Numbered from the stretch's first letter, positions 40,706 to 49,963 are shown. The stretch is DNA of 64,000 bases from Nitrospirota bacterium (GCA_963790205.1 CAWBNQ010000008.1:64001-128000), one strand, 5' to 3'. Made by a program: numbers and translations. The notes: generated by a model from the letters alone, not told the origin.

Positions 40706-41964
40706 TGTTAGTCCACGGAGAATTATGGACGGTTAAAGAGCTTTTTGTGTATCCGAACGAATATATTTACTGGAGCATTCAGATCGTGATGTACCCCTTC
40801 ATGACGGGCCTGGTGGCGGGCGCCTTCGTGCTGTCGTCGCTCTATCACGTTTTCGGCATCAAGCAGCTCAAGGACATGGCGCGTTTCGCCCTGGTGTTCT
40901 CGTTCGCGCTGCTGTTCGTCGCTCCGTTGCCTATCGTGCTTCATTTGCAGTTCCCGTTCCGGGGCATTAACGTATTCATGACGCCCCACTTCACCTCGGC
41001 CATCGCAGCCTTCGGCGTCGTGTTCTTCTCCTACGGCGCCATCGTGGCGTCCGAGCTCTGGTTTCTCTACCGGAAGCACTTTGTCGAGGTCTCCCTGTCG
41101 CTCAGGGAAAAGCAGGACAAGAGCATCGGGGATTGGTTCAGGTACCTCATTTTTTGTTCGCTCACGCTGGGTGTTTATGACGTCAGCGAGGAGGCGCTGC
41201 ACCGGGATGAAAAGGCCATCAAGGTCCTTGCGGGCATCGGCATCCCCGTGGCCTGTTTCCTCCACGGCTACGCCGGTTTCATCTTCGGCTCCGTCAAGGC
41301 GAACGCGCTCTGGATGACGCCGCTCATGCCGGTCATCTTCATCATGTCCGCCATCGTGTCGGGTATCGCGCTCTGCATGCTCACCTACATCATCGTCATG
41401 GAGATCAAAAAGTTCCTGGCATCGCGCAAGAGGACGATGTCCCGCGGCACGTTCTCCTCGAAAGAGGAGATCAAGGGCGTCGAGATCCACGTGATCCAGA
41501 TGACTGCCAAGTATCTGCTCTTCTTCATGGTTGCCGCGATCAGCCTCGAGCTCCTTGACCTGATCTTCCGCGGCTACACAGCGGTCAAGTCCTGGGACGT
41601 GATCCGGAGCGTCATCTACGGCAAGGATTTTACTGATATCTTCATCATGCAGTACGGCATCGGGAACCTCATACCGCTCATTCTGTTTCTGTTTCCGGGA
41701 CTCACCATCCGGCGGGCGGTGCTGGGTGTTGTGCTCGTGCTCTTCGGCGTGTTCATGATGCGGTGGAACGTGGTGATCGGAGGCCAGGCTTTCTCGCTCT
41801 CCTTTGCCGGATACATGCACTACCACATGCCGATCATTCCACACAACTGGGAAACATTCAAGGAAGGGCTTTTCGGGGCCGTGAGCATCTTTGTCATGCC
41901 CTTTGTCCTGTTCTGGGTCATTGCCAAGATATTCCCGGTGTTTGCCGAGGCCGGGCAGGAGTAA
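40705..41964 (+). CDS. NrfD/PsrC-family quinol-interacting membrane subunit
   Basis: WSIQIVMYPFMTGLVAG, LHGYAGFIF, RWNVVIGGQ; multiple TMs. Confidence 0.9.
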   Translation: MLVHGELWTVKELFVYPNEYIYWSIQIVMYPFMTGLVAGAFVLSSLYHVFGIKQLKDMARFALVFSFALLFVAPLPIVLHLQFPFRGINVFMTPHFTSAIAAFGVVFFSYGAIVASELWFLYRKHFVEVSLSLREKQDKSIGDWFRYLIFCSLTLGVYDVSEEALHRDEKAIKVLAGIGIPVACFLHGYAGFIFGSVKANALWMTPLMPVIFIMSAIVSGIALCMLTYIIVMEIKKFLASRKRTMSRGTFSSKEEIKGVEIHVIQMTAKYLLFFMVAAISLELLDLIFRGYTAVKSWDVIRSVIYGKDFTDIFIMQYGIGNLIPLILFLFPGLTIRRAVLGVVLVLFGVFMMRWNVVIGGQAFSLSFAGYMHYHMPIIPHNWETFKEGLFGAVSIFVMPFVLFWVIAKIFPVFAEAGQE

Positions 41965-42005
41965 CAGCCGGAACAGAAATCGGCTTCAAGATTTTTACCT
42001 TACAG

Positions 42006-42034
42006 CGGCGGGAGTTTTTCCCGCCGTTTTTTTT
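42006..42034 (+). terminator. intrinsic terminator after nrfD-like gene
   Basis: CGGCGGGA/TCCCGCCG stem followed by T8. Confidence 0.75.
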
Positions 42035-42140
42035 ATGAGCAAGGAAGCGAGGAGGTGAAAGGATTTTTCTGAAATTTCCACAAAATTGCGCGGCAAAGAA
42101 GAGAACGGTTTTTTATAAAATTATAACTGTAATAAACCTA

Positions 42141-42169
42141 TTGACATGTTTCGTTCCCTATGATATATA
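42141..42169 (+). promoter_or_regulatory. sigma70-like promoter of the multiheme cytochrome gene
   Basis: TTGACA-17 nt-TATATA. Confidence 0.55.
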
Positions 42170-42222
42170 CTTAGGGCTTATTGAAATGTAACTTTTTGTA
42201 AGTCTTTTTAAAGGGGGCGGAA

Positions 42223-43239
42223 ATGAAGTTAATGAGTTGGATGAAGGATAGGTACGGCAGGCTGAGGAATAGACTGAAGGAGCCTATTTCCCTGAAAGCA
42301 AAGCTCGTTATTATTGCGCTCATCATGGTAATAGTTTTCGGCGGAGGTTTTGTTGCCTACAAATTCTACGATTTCACCCAGAACAATCCCAAATTCTGCG
42401 TCGGCTGTCATCTGATGCAGCCCGCTTACGACGCCTGGGCAAAAAGCGAGCACAAGGCCCTGAGTTGCCATCAGTGCCATCATCTGACGATCCCCGAGCA
42501 AAACCAGCTTTTAATCAGCTTTGTGCTGCATCGGCCGACCAGGGTGCCTGATCGGCACAAAGGCCAGGTGATCGTGGGTCAGCATGTCTGCAATCAGTGC
42601 CATACGGAAGGCCCCGGAGAGCGTATCAATAAATCATTGTTCCACGCTAAGCATGTCTACATGGAGCAGATCGAATGCACCGAATGCCACGGCGAGGTGA
42701 AGCCCGACAAGTCGGGTCTCCACAGTTTCCTGCCCACGGAAAAGTTCTGTGTCAAGTGTCATAAGGACAAGCAGGTGCACGGTGTTGGCATGGGCGAACT
42801 TGCGTGCATCAATTGCCACACCGACCGAACCAAGGACCTCAAACCGGGACGGAAAAAGTGCCTCTACTGTCACAGCAGCAGTGATACCATCCGGAAGGAG
42901 CTGATTGCCGACGGCACCATGGATGTGCGGTTCTTCCCGCCGAACTCCGCAGTTATCAAGAAGGCGATCAAGATCCAGTTCAACAACGACTCGCCCATGC
43001 AATTCTACTGCTATGAATGTCATAAACCGCATACGCCGGGCAAGGTAAAGCCGAAGAATGAGGATTGCCTGAAGTGTCATGCGAATGTGCCGAAGATAGG
43101 CAAACACAAGCTCCATCTCAATATGGACATGCAGTGCAAAGATTGCCATAAGCCGCATCTCTGGAAAGTGACCGAGGCGTCAGCCAAGAAAGACTGCATT
43201 ACCTGTCATGAGTACAGGAGCCCGAAAGCGTTCCTGTAA
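42223..43239 (+). CDS. membrane-anchored 11-heme cytochrome c with NapC/NirT-like N-terminus
   Basis: TM helix, FCVGCHLM, and 11 CxxCH motifs counted. Confidence 0.88.
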   Translation: MKLMSWMKDRYGRLRNRLKEPISLKAKLVIIALIMVIVFGGGFVAYKFYDFTQNNPKFCVGCHLMQPAYDAWAKSEHKALSCHQCHHLTIPEQNQLLISFVLHRPTRVPDRHKGQVIVGQHVCNQCHTEGPGERINKSLFHAKHVYMEQIECTECHGEVKPDKSGLHSFLPTEKFCVKCHKDKQVHGVGMGELACINCHTDRTKDLKPGRKKCLYCHSSSDTIRKELIADGTMDVRFFPPNSAVIKKAIKIQFNNDSPMQFYCYECHKPHTPGKVKPKNEDCLKCHANVPKIGKHKLHLNMDMQCKDCHKPHLWKVTEASAKKDCITCHEYRSPKAFL

Positions 43240-43337
43240 CATTCTATCTCCAGGATAAAAAGGCTTCAACCTTTTGGGGATACCGGTGTCACTATAAGCA
43301 GTATACATCTTATCGATGGAAGGAGGTGAAACCTATT

Positions 43338-43661
43338 ATGAAAAAGCTTTTCGTCACAGCGATCGTAGTCGTAGCAACCTTCGTTCTCTCCGTCTCCGCC
43401 TTTGCAGTGCCGGCGGGTAAGACCGTTGAGTTCGATGCAAAGGGCGCCGGCAAGGTGATCTTCGACGGCGGAGTCCATGCCGCCAAAGGCCTCAAGTGCG
43501 CAGATTGCCATGGGGCGGGCATCTTCAAGATGAAGAAGGGTGCAGACGCCATCACCATGAAGGACATCAATGAGGGCAAGTTCTGCGGCGCCTGCCACAA
43601 CGGCACCAAGGCCTTCAGCGCGAAGGACGCAGCCAACTGCGGCAAGTGCCACCAAAAGTAA
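43338..43661 (+). CDS. triheme periplasmic cytochrome c7 (PpcA-like)
   Basis: Signal peptide; CADCH, CGACH, CGKCH; AGGAGG RBS. Confidence 0.88.
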   Translation: MKKLFVTAIVVVATFVLSVSAFAVPAGKTVEFDAKGAGKVIFDGGVHAAKGLKCADCHGAGIFKMKKGADAITMKDINEGKFCGACHNGTKAFSAKDAANCGKCHQK

Positions 43662-43689
43662 GATGTCATTATCCAGAAGCATCCGGCAA

Positions 43690-43723
43690 CAAAACCTCAC
43701 GGGTAACCGTGAGGTTTTTTTTT
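43690..43723 (+). terminator. intrinsic terminator
   Basis: AAAACCTCACGG..CCGTGAGGTTTTTTTT. Confidence 0.8.
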
Positions 43724-43874
43724 GCGATTACGTCAACAAGGCCATCCGGAAAGCTGAAGTCTGCCTGCAAAATTAAAGAGGACCTCAGAAACCATACGAT
43801 AACCATAATTTTGATGAGACGATGGCGAGACAGAATATTGCAATATTCGAACAGCGTAAATTACTATATGGTTC

Positions 43875-43903
43875 TTGACATAAATAGATTTGTAGATTAA
43901 AAT
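43875..43903 (+). promoter_or_regulatory. sigma70-like promoter of the second triheme cytochrome
   Basis: TTGACA-17 nt-TAAAAT. Confidence 0.55.
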
Positions 43904-44025
43904 TCGAACGTTACATTCTCTCTAATTGTAAATATCATGTGTCTGCGGCCGAGGAAAGTTTTATCTCCATAAGAGTTTTTGATGTTGCTCTTTGCACTAT
44001 CTTCTCGATGAAAGGAGGTGAAACT

Positions 44026-44337
44026 ATGAAGAAGCTTCTCGTAATCGCACTCGTAGCGGTTGTATCCTTTGTTCTGGCTGCCTCAGCGTTTGCCGTCGGC
44101 CCGGGCAAGACGGTGGAGTTTGAGAAAGGCGGTAAAGTGGTATTCAGCGGGGACGTGCATGCCAAGGCAGGTCTTAAGTGCAATGATTGCCACCCGGCCA
44201 TTTTCAAGATGAAAAAGGGAGCCGACACCATCACCATGGCAGAGATCAACGCCGGCAAGTTCTGCGGTACCTGCCACAAAGAGGGCGGCAAGGCATTCGC
44301 GACAAAGGACTGCGCCAAGTGCCACCAGAAGAAGTAG
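44026..44337 (+). CDS. triheme periplasmic cytochrome c7 (PpcA-like), paralog
   Basis: Signal peptide; CNDCH, CGTCH, CAKCH; highly similar to 43338-43661. Confidence 0.88.
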   Translation: MKKLLVIALVAVVSFVLAASAFAVGPGKTVEFEKGGKVVFSGDVHAKAGLKCNDCHPAIFKMKKGADTITMAEINAGKFCGTCHKEGGKAFATKDCAKCHQKK

Positions 44338-44357
44338 AAGGTCATTAATGCGGCGAC

Positions 44358-44393
44358 AAAAAACCCTCACGGCAAAACCGTGAGGGTTTTTTT
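44358..44393 (+). terminator. intrinsic (bidirectional-looking) terminator
   Basis: AAAAAACCCTCACGG..CCGTGAGGGTTTTTTT. Confidence 0.8.
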
Positions 44394-44398
44394 ATTTG

Positions 44399-44422
44399 TG
44401 GCGGGAGAGCATGAGAATCGAA
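44399..44422 (-). repeat. att site: duplicated 3' end of tRNA-Sec
   Basis: Identical to 57701-57724 (T-loop to CCA of the tRNA). Confidence 0.95.
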
Positions 44423-44443
44423 ATAATCTCAGCCTATGATTTA

Positions 44444-45616
44444 TCACGTCTTTTTTGCCGTTACGGGGAGAACGCGGGGAGAGGTTCTTCGAGCCAGTAC
44501 GTCCCGCAGATATTCCGTTCGGCTGTGCGTGTAGCGTGCCGTAGAACGCGCATCAGCGTGCCTCATGAGCGCTTGGGCTGCCACACCTTCCGCGACCTCT
44601 GAAATCTGCGTACAGAAAGAATGGCGACCGCCCTCGTAATGGGTACAGGGCAACTTCGTATATTTTTTCCAGTAATGGCCGAGCCGTTGAACTGTGTAAT
44701 GACTCTTGCTTGTCGGATTGATGAAAACCCAATCCTCGGGAAACCGGCCAGCTGACCTCGATCGTGCAATTTCCAGGGCCACGTCAGACAAAGGGACCGT
44801 CTTTTTGTGAGCTTCCTTGTCAGCTTCCCTGAGCCTCCGCATGGTGAACGTCCGCTGCACTCTCATGGTCCGACTCTGGAAGTCTATATCTTTAATCTTG
44901 AGTGCGCACGTTTCCCCTGGTCGGATGCCTGTCTCGAATTCAAACTTATAAACGTCTCGGTGGATCTCCGGTATTTTTTTAAGGGCTGCCGCCTGATCTT
45001 CGAGTGTGAGCGCTATACGCGGCTCCGAATCGTTGCCATTGATGGTAGGGAAGGGGGGCACTTCTGATATAAGGCCCTTCTTCCACATCCATTTCATAGC
45101 GGCGTGCAGAGTGTTTAAGATTTCCCGTTTCGTTTTGAGCTTGATCGTGTTTGGCAACTCATCTTTGAAATTCTCAATATCCGAGAACCTGATTTCCTTA
45201 ACGTCCAGGTGCCCGAGAATAGGGGATAGGTGAGTTTTGGTTCTTGATTGATAAGCGTGGAGGGTACCGTAGGAGAGTTCGCCGCTTTTTACTTCTTCTT
45301 TTTTCTGATCTAGCCAGCGTTCTAGCACAGCGGATAGCTGCCGAGCCTTAATGCTCTCAGGCTGCCAGCTGGCAGGGTCAAAACGCTTCTTCTCTTTGGT
45401 GATGGATTCGTTTATTTCTTTTAGAAGGGAAAATGCTTGGAGGAAACCGAGCTTTGCATCTGGGTTCTTGCTGTCGCGGTAATACTTGAACTTCCGTCTA
45501 TTGTGATACAGCTCAACATAGCACCATGCTTGGTCGCACTTCGGACAGGTCCCGGTGATGTCGGACATGGCAGTACCACACCGCCTGCACCTTATCGCGC
45601 CCTTGAAGTTCTTCAT
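44444..45616 (-). CDS. tyrosine integrase with N-terminal CxxC..CxxC
   Basis: TGIRPGE (R), GGRHSF, LMRHAD, TARYTH (Y); next to the att site. Confidence 0.92.
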   Translation of the reverse strand: MKNFKGAIRCRRCGTAMSDITGTCPKCDQAWCYVELYHNRRKFKYYRDSKNPDAKLGFLQAFSLLKEINESITKEKKRFDPASWQPESIKARQLSAVLERWLDQKKEEVKSGELSYGTLHAYQSRTKTHLSPILGHLDVKEIRFSDIENFKDELPNTIKLKTKREILNTLHAAMKWMWKKGLISEVPPFPTINGNDSEPRIALTLEDQAAALKKIPEIHRDVYKFEFETGIRPGETCALKIKDIDFQSRTMRVQRTFTMRRLREADKEAHKKTVPLSDVALEIARSRSAGRFPEDWVFINPTSKSHYTVQRLGHYWKKYTKLPCTHYEGGRHSFCTQISEVAEGVAAQALMRHADARSTARYTHSRTEYLRDVLARRTSPRVLPVTAKKT

Positions 45617-45811
45617 CGCCACCCCCAAGATCGTAGAGGGTGCGATTTTATTCTGATTCACCGCCAAAGTCAAGCTGCCGTCCTCGACGGTAGACACTAC
45701 CAAATTATTACCCAAAGGCAAAAATCAGATGCGGCAGATCACGGACTTACCGGGGCCTGACCCCAGGGCTGAATGGGTAATAAAAAATCATTTCTCAATA
45801 ACGGAAAGGAG

Positions 45812-46163
45812 AATGAAGATGGAAAAGGCGATTTACGAAGTTGTCTGTCTGAACAGTGAAAGAGAGCGGTATTCGATATTCCCGGTTATAGTAGAGCATC
45901 CGAGGGCAGAGGATGTCATAGCGGAGGCCAACAGAACATTGGGAGCCAGGCTGTTTGCAAAAGTTGACATACAGAATAAGATCAAGGAGTCTCTCCGACG
46001 GCTTGCCGGCACTGTCAAGAGCATCTCGTGCTGCCTCCTGAAGCGAATCAATAGTAATGAGCAGGCCCATAACATCTGTATCTGCCGAGAAGTGGCCGCC
46101 TTCATGAAGAGCATTCACGCTTATGATGGTATCGCCTTCTTTGTACTGGCCCGATTCTGCTGA
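45812..46163 (+). CDS. hypothetical protein
   Basis: AAGGAG RBS before ATG; no recognisable motif. Confidence 0.4.
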
Positions 46164-46247
46164 TCGTGGAGAGCAACCGCATCGTATGGCCGCCTGTGTA
46201 GAATTGAAATCAACAATGTATTCAAAGGGAAAGCGCTCTTCTCGCAT
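46155..46247 (-). pseudogene. relic of a terminase small subunit N-terminus
   Basis: RFPFEYIVDFNSTQAAIRCGCSPRSA resembles the TerS pattern F..EY..D.NATQAAIRAGYS..TA. Confidence 0.55.
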
Positions 46248-46467
46248 CTCTTTTTTTTTCGTCCTGGCCTTATCCCCCCCCGCCTTCCCCATGGATATAT
46301 GCCCTTCTTACGCGCCAGTGCCGGGAACCGCATCACCCGACTTGGTGGAACCTGGGATTCGGTGCGATTCAGAGTATAGGGCCTGTGTGAAATGAAGTAG
46401 CGGCCAGGGTAGTCAGATCCCCAGAAAAAGGCCGGGATGAAAATTCAATAAAGCCGACTTTTTTCTC

Positions 46468-46496
46468 TTGACACAAAGATTTCATTGTGATAAATT
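46468..46496 (+). promoter_or_regulatory. sigma70-like promoter for the element's rightward operon
   Basis: TTGACA-17 nt-TAAATT with TG extended -10. Confidence 0.6.
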
Positions 46497-46575
46497 TTAT
46501 TCAATGACCATTGAGCGGTTTTTTCGCTCGCGCATGAAAAACTAAATACTCACCAGCGGCACTCTGAACAAACAG

Positions 46576-46618
46576 ACCCGCTCTTTATCGCAATTACTGC
46601 GATGGGAGCGGGTTTTTT
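46576..46618 (+). terminator. leader terminator/attenuator in the element
   Basis: ACCCGCTC-TTT-ATCGCA..TGCGAT-GG-GAGCGGGT followed by a T run. Confidence 0.7.
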
Positions 46619-47019
46619 ATTGGTCTTTTGCAGTTCGACTTACTGAGCCCTCGAACGCGAGTTCATGGCAATGATCGGATCGCGCGGTCCGGCGTTGACG
46701 ATGAACACCAAGTTCCGAGAGCTTGGCAGTCGAGGCAGCACTTCAGGCTTCTTCGTTTCAGTGAATACTCCGCGAATCGGGAAATTCGCGGAATCACTGG
46801 ACGGCAGGTTGTTCACCATCGACCCCGGCCCGCGGGATACTCGGCTGATGAACGACATGCGGCGGATGAATCCGCGAGAAGACATGCGTTGGAAACCCGT
46901 GAAGTTTGCGGCACCGATAGGGTTTTGCGGCCGTTAAAACGTGGCCCGTGAGCCGCGGACGGCCGAAGTTGCACCGCATTATTGAAAAAAAAAGAAATTA
47001 CGAAAAAAAAGGAGATTCC

Positions 47020-47382
47020 ATGAAAAAGCTTCCCGAAGTCAAAAATATCTTTTCCGATCCTAAGCCGGAAATTCTGGAAATCAGCCACATCGCGTCTTTA
47101 CCCGCATCCGTTTCAACCATTCCGATCGACAATCTCGAAATGTCCGCATACTTGTGTGCGACCACCCCCTTTGATCCCACGCTTGAAATGGCAGGCAGCC
47201 GCGTCGCGTTCCACTTTCCGAATTGCCCCGAAGTTCAAACTGCCATAATGCTATTTTTGGGCAATGCTGCATGCCCAATTCAGGGCTACTTGAACCATTT
47301 CAAGTTCCTGAGGCGGCGTCTTTTTGAGGCCAAGGGCGGCGGACTGTCAACGCCTTCAAGATCAGCAGCGCCCAGGGGTTAA
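47020..47382 (+). CDS. small phage-type hypothetical protein (DUF5659-like)
   Basis: GGAG RBS; DNLEMSAYL..VAFHF pattern. Confidence 0.5.
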   Translation: MKKLPEVKNIFSDPKPEILEISHIASLPASVSTIPIDNLEMSAYLCATTPFDPTLEMAGSRVAFHFPNCPEVQTAIMLFLGNAACPIQGYLNHFKFLRRRLFEAKGGGLSTPSRSAAPRG

Positions 47383-47394
47383 GGGGGGGCCGCC

Positions 47395-47901
47395 ATGACG
47401 ACTATCCTCGACAAGCCGGACATTCTCCCGGTCATCGAACAATACACGTCTCTCCGAAAAGTCGGGAAGAATTACTCGGGCCTTTGCCCTTTTCACGACG
47501 AGAGAACTCCGAGCTTTATCGTGGACACGAACCGGCAGCGTTTTAAGTGCTTCGGTTGCGGTGAGTCCGGGGATGTTCTCGACTTTGTGCAAAAGATTCA
47601 TGGTGCAGACTTCAAGGGATCTCTTTCGATTCTCGGCATTGCAAGTGGCCGGAAAAATCGTCCGGACCCAGTGCAAGTCCGCAAACGTGATCTTGAACGG
47701 GCTTTCAGGCTTTGGGAGCGCGAATACTTCGCCAAGGTTTCTGCAGAATACCGACTACTGAACAAGGCGCTTGATGCGTTGAACCCCGAGAGCGCGGACG
47801 AGCTCTTGAAGCGCCGAACTATCCTTGAATACCACCTGGATATTCTCTCAGGGTGTGACGAGGACAAAGTTGAGTTATACCGGGCGGTGCGCCATGGATA
47901 A
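47395..47901 (+). CDS. CHC2 zinc-finger (DnaG zinc-binding domain) protein
   Basis: GLCPFHDERTPSF..FKCFGCGESGDV; no TOPRIM domain follows. Confidence 0.88.
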   Translation: MTTILDKPDILPVIEQYTSLRKVGKNYSGLCPFHDERTPSFIVDTNRQRFKCFGCGESGDVLDFVQKIHGADFKGSLSILGIASGRKNRPDPVQVRKRDLERAFRLWEREYFAKVSAEYRLLNKALDALNPESADELLKRRTILEYHLDILSGCDEDKVELYRAVRHG

Positions 47902-49627
47902 AAAATATGACGTGGGCACGGCATTACTTGAGATAGAAAAACCAGAGAATCTCGAAACGATAACATCGGATGTCCGCGGCCAAATTCTTACTGTCTTGAC
48001 GAACGCTAACATTAAGGGCTCTGCCAGAAGCCGGAAAGTGGCAGAGATTGCGCTATCGGCCCTGTTGAAAGTCGGGCGCCTGTATTATCATGCCGAACTA
48101 CGGGACTTTCACTCGGCCATGCTCTTCGACCTGCACGCGAAACGCCTCTTACGAATACGCTCTGATGCTTTCGGTTCCTGGCTCTCTGAGTGGCTTGGCA
48201 TCAATCGCGCCGACACATTATATAAATTTGTATTCGCAGAGATCGAAACCGCTGCACTTTCAGACAACCACTCCACGCCGATCCTTCCAGAAGCCTATTG
48301 GGCGAGCCGTCCTGATGCAGTTTATCTTTCCAATGGTGATGGACATGCCATCAAAATCACGGCCGATGGCGTTCAACTCGTGGACAACGGCACAGACGGC
48401 GTTTTGTTTCCTGCAGGACATACACTTGCTCCGTGGAAACTTACTGAACCCCGCGATGCTTTTGAAGTCTGCCGCCTTTTTCGAGAAGCCCATTGCAGTG
48501 ATACGCACGGTATGGATTTATTACGGCTCTGGCTTTACAGCCTGCCAAGTAATCCGCGAAGTAAGCCTCCGCTATGTCTACCTGGAAACGTCGGATCTGG
48601 TAAAACGCGGACCGCGAAAGGCTTCGCTGAATTATTCGGAATTCCTTTTGTCGCACACAAGGTTGAGGAATATAAGGAGGACGACTTCTGGCCGGCTTGC
48701 AACGTGGGCGGACTGCTCGTGCTCGACAATGCAGACACCCGGTGTCGATGGCTAGCGGACGCACTCGCAAACGCAGCAACGGACGGATGCTCTCAGCAGC
48801 GCAAAAAATACACCAATTCTGAAATTGTAACTCTCCGCCCCCGCGCATGGTTGGCAGTTACCACAGCGAACCCAACTTTCGCGGCTGACTCCGGCCTCGC
48901 TGATCGCTTAATCGTTGCTCGCATGGAGCGCCGGGATGGCGAAGACACCGGCGATGCGGAACTCGGAGCGGAAATATCAGCAGCCCGAGACGCAGGGCTT
49001 TCTCATATAGCGCAGACTTTAAGCACTGCACTTGCCGATAAGGCACCCGTGCCTGGGGGTTTGAATCGACGACATCCTGATTTCGCCGAGTTTGCTGTGC
49101 GGATTGGGCGCGCGCTGGGCCGCGAGCGCGAAACCATAGCCGCCCTCAAAAATGCCGAGCAGGACAAGTCGGCATTCTGCCTGGAGAATGATTCCATTGC
49201 AACGGCGCTCATGGCATACCTTGAGCAAGTCGAGATGTTTACAGGGATGGCCTCTGAGCTTTGCTCTAGGCTCATTGAAACCGACGCGGAACTTTCTGGG
49301 CATCTAAGCCCAAAGCGGCTCTCGAAACGGCTTTCTGCCCTTTGGCCGCACCTACAGGCTATCCTAAAAACTGCCAAGCGTGAGCAGGATCGCAAGCGTT
49401 TCGTAATATTCACACTCGAAAAGAGGGATTCTGCCGAGTTTGCCGATATTGAAAGGCCAATTCCTATAAAGTCCCTATATGATTCTCCCGCGAGAGTTTT
49501 AGAGAAACAGCCTTTCAATATCGGCAAACTCGGCAAGTCTGAAAAATGTTCCACCTGTGGGCGGGTTTCGGCCTGCATGATGGTGGACGGGATGCGGGAT
49601 CTTTGCGGCGGACCTTTTCCCGAATAG
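47894..49627 (+). CDS. P-loop NTPase, putative replicative helicase of the element
   Basis: Walker A GNVGSGKT, Walker B LLVLDNAD, LADR motif; coupled to the CHC2 gene. Confidence 0.75.
   Translation: MDKKYDVGTALLEIEKPENLETITSDVRGQILTVLTNANIKGSARSRKVAEIALSALLKVGRLYYHAELRDFHSAMLFDLHAKRLLRIRSDAFGSWLSEWLGINRADTLYKFVFAEIETAALSDNHSTPILPEAYWASRPDAVYLSNGDGHAIKITADGVQLVDNGTDGVLFPAGHTLAPWKLTEPRDAFEVCRLFREAHCSDTHGMDLLRLWLYSLPSNPRSKPPLCLPGNVGSGKTRTAKGFAELFGIPFVAHKVEEYKEDDFWPACNVGGLLVLDNADTRCRWLADALANAATDGCSQQRKKYTNSEIVTLRPRAWLAVTTANPTFAADSGLADRLIVARMERRDGEDTGDAELGAEISAARDAGLSHIAQTLSTALADKAPVPGGLNRRHPDFAEFAVRIGRALGRERETIAALKNAEQDKSAFCLENDSIATALMAYLEQVEMFTGMASELCSRLIETDAELSGHLSPKRLSKRLSALWPHLQAILKTAKREQDRKRFVIFTLEKRDSAEFADIERPIPIKSLYDSPARVLEKQPFNIGKLGKSEKCSTCGRVSACMMVDGMRDLCGGPFPE
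49432..49535. repeat. 26-bp perfect inverted repeat, candidate replication origin
   Basis: TGCCGAGTTTGCCGATATTGAAAGGC (49432-49457) and its reverse complement (49510-49535). Confidence 0.8.
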
Positions 49628-49685
49628 GCGGGGATGATCTGAGATGAGGCAGTACCAAAATACGGAACACGGAAAGGAGAAAATC

Positions 49686-49937
49686 ATGGGAACACGATCG
49701 GCTTTACCAGCAGAGGATGTAGCAACGCTCAGGGCACGGCGGGACGAGAACACCCGGAAGATTACGGACCTTCGGGCTTCCCTGGGCACCGCGCAGACTA
49801 AGTTTTTGCGGATCGACCAAGAACTTAAAGATCACTCGGCGGCATTCAAGGTCGAAAAGGCAAGGCTCATGGATGAGATCGCAGATTTGAAATCCCAGGT
49901 CGTGGCGCTCGGGCAGCAGTTGGGACAGGATTTTTAG
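49686..49937 (+). CDS. small coiled-coil hypothetical protein
   Basis: AAGGAG RBS; heptad-like pattern. Confidence 0.55.
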   Translation: MGTRSALPAEDVATLRARRDENTRKITDLRASLGTAQTKFLRIDQELKDHSAAFKVEKARLMDEIADLKSQVVALGQQLGQDF

Positions 49938-49963
49938 GAAACAAGGCAGGTAGAGAGGGCGAC

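Noticed and set aside
43240..44025. GEMM-I riboswitch upstream of the cytochrome genes
   Set aside because: I could not find the GGCAAAC..GAAA..GACGCAAAG core by eye
44399..44422. Second tRNA gene
   Set aside because: Only the 3' 24 nt are present; this is the att duplication
46665..46937. Ash/CI-like gene of P4-type satellites
   Set aside because: Only a weak SGFFVS resemblance and no clear RBS; not supportable without a profile search
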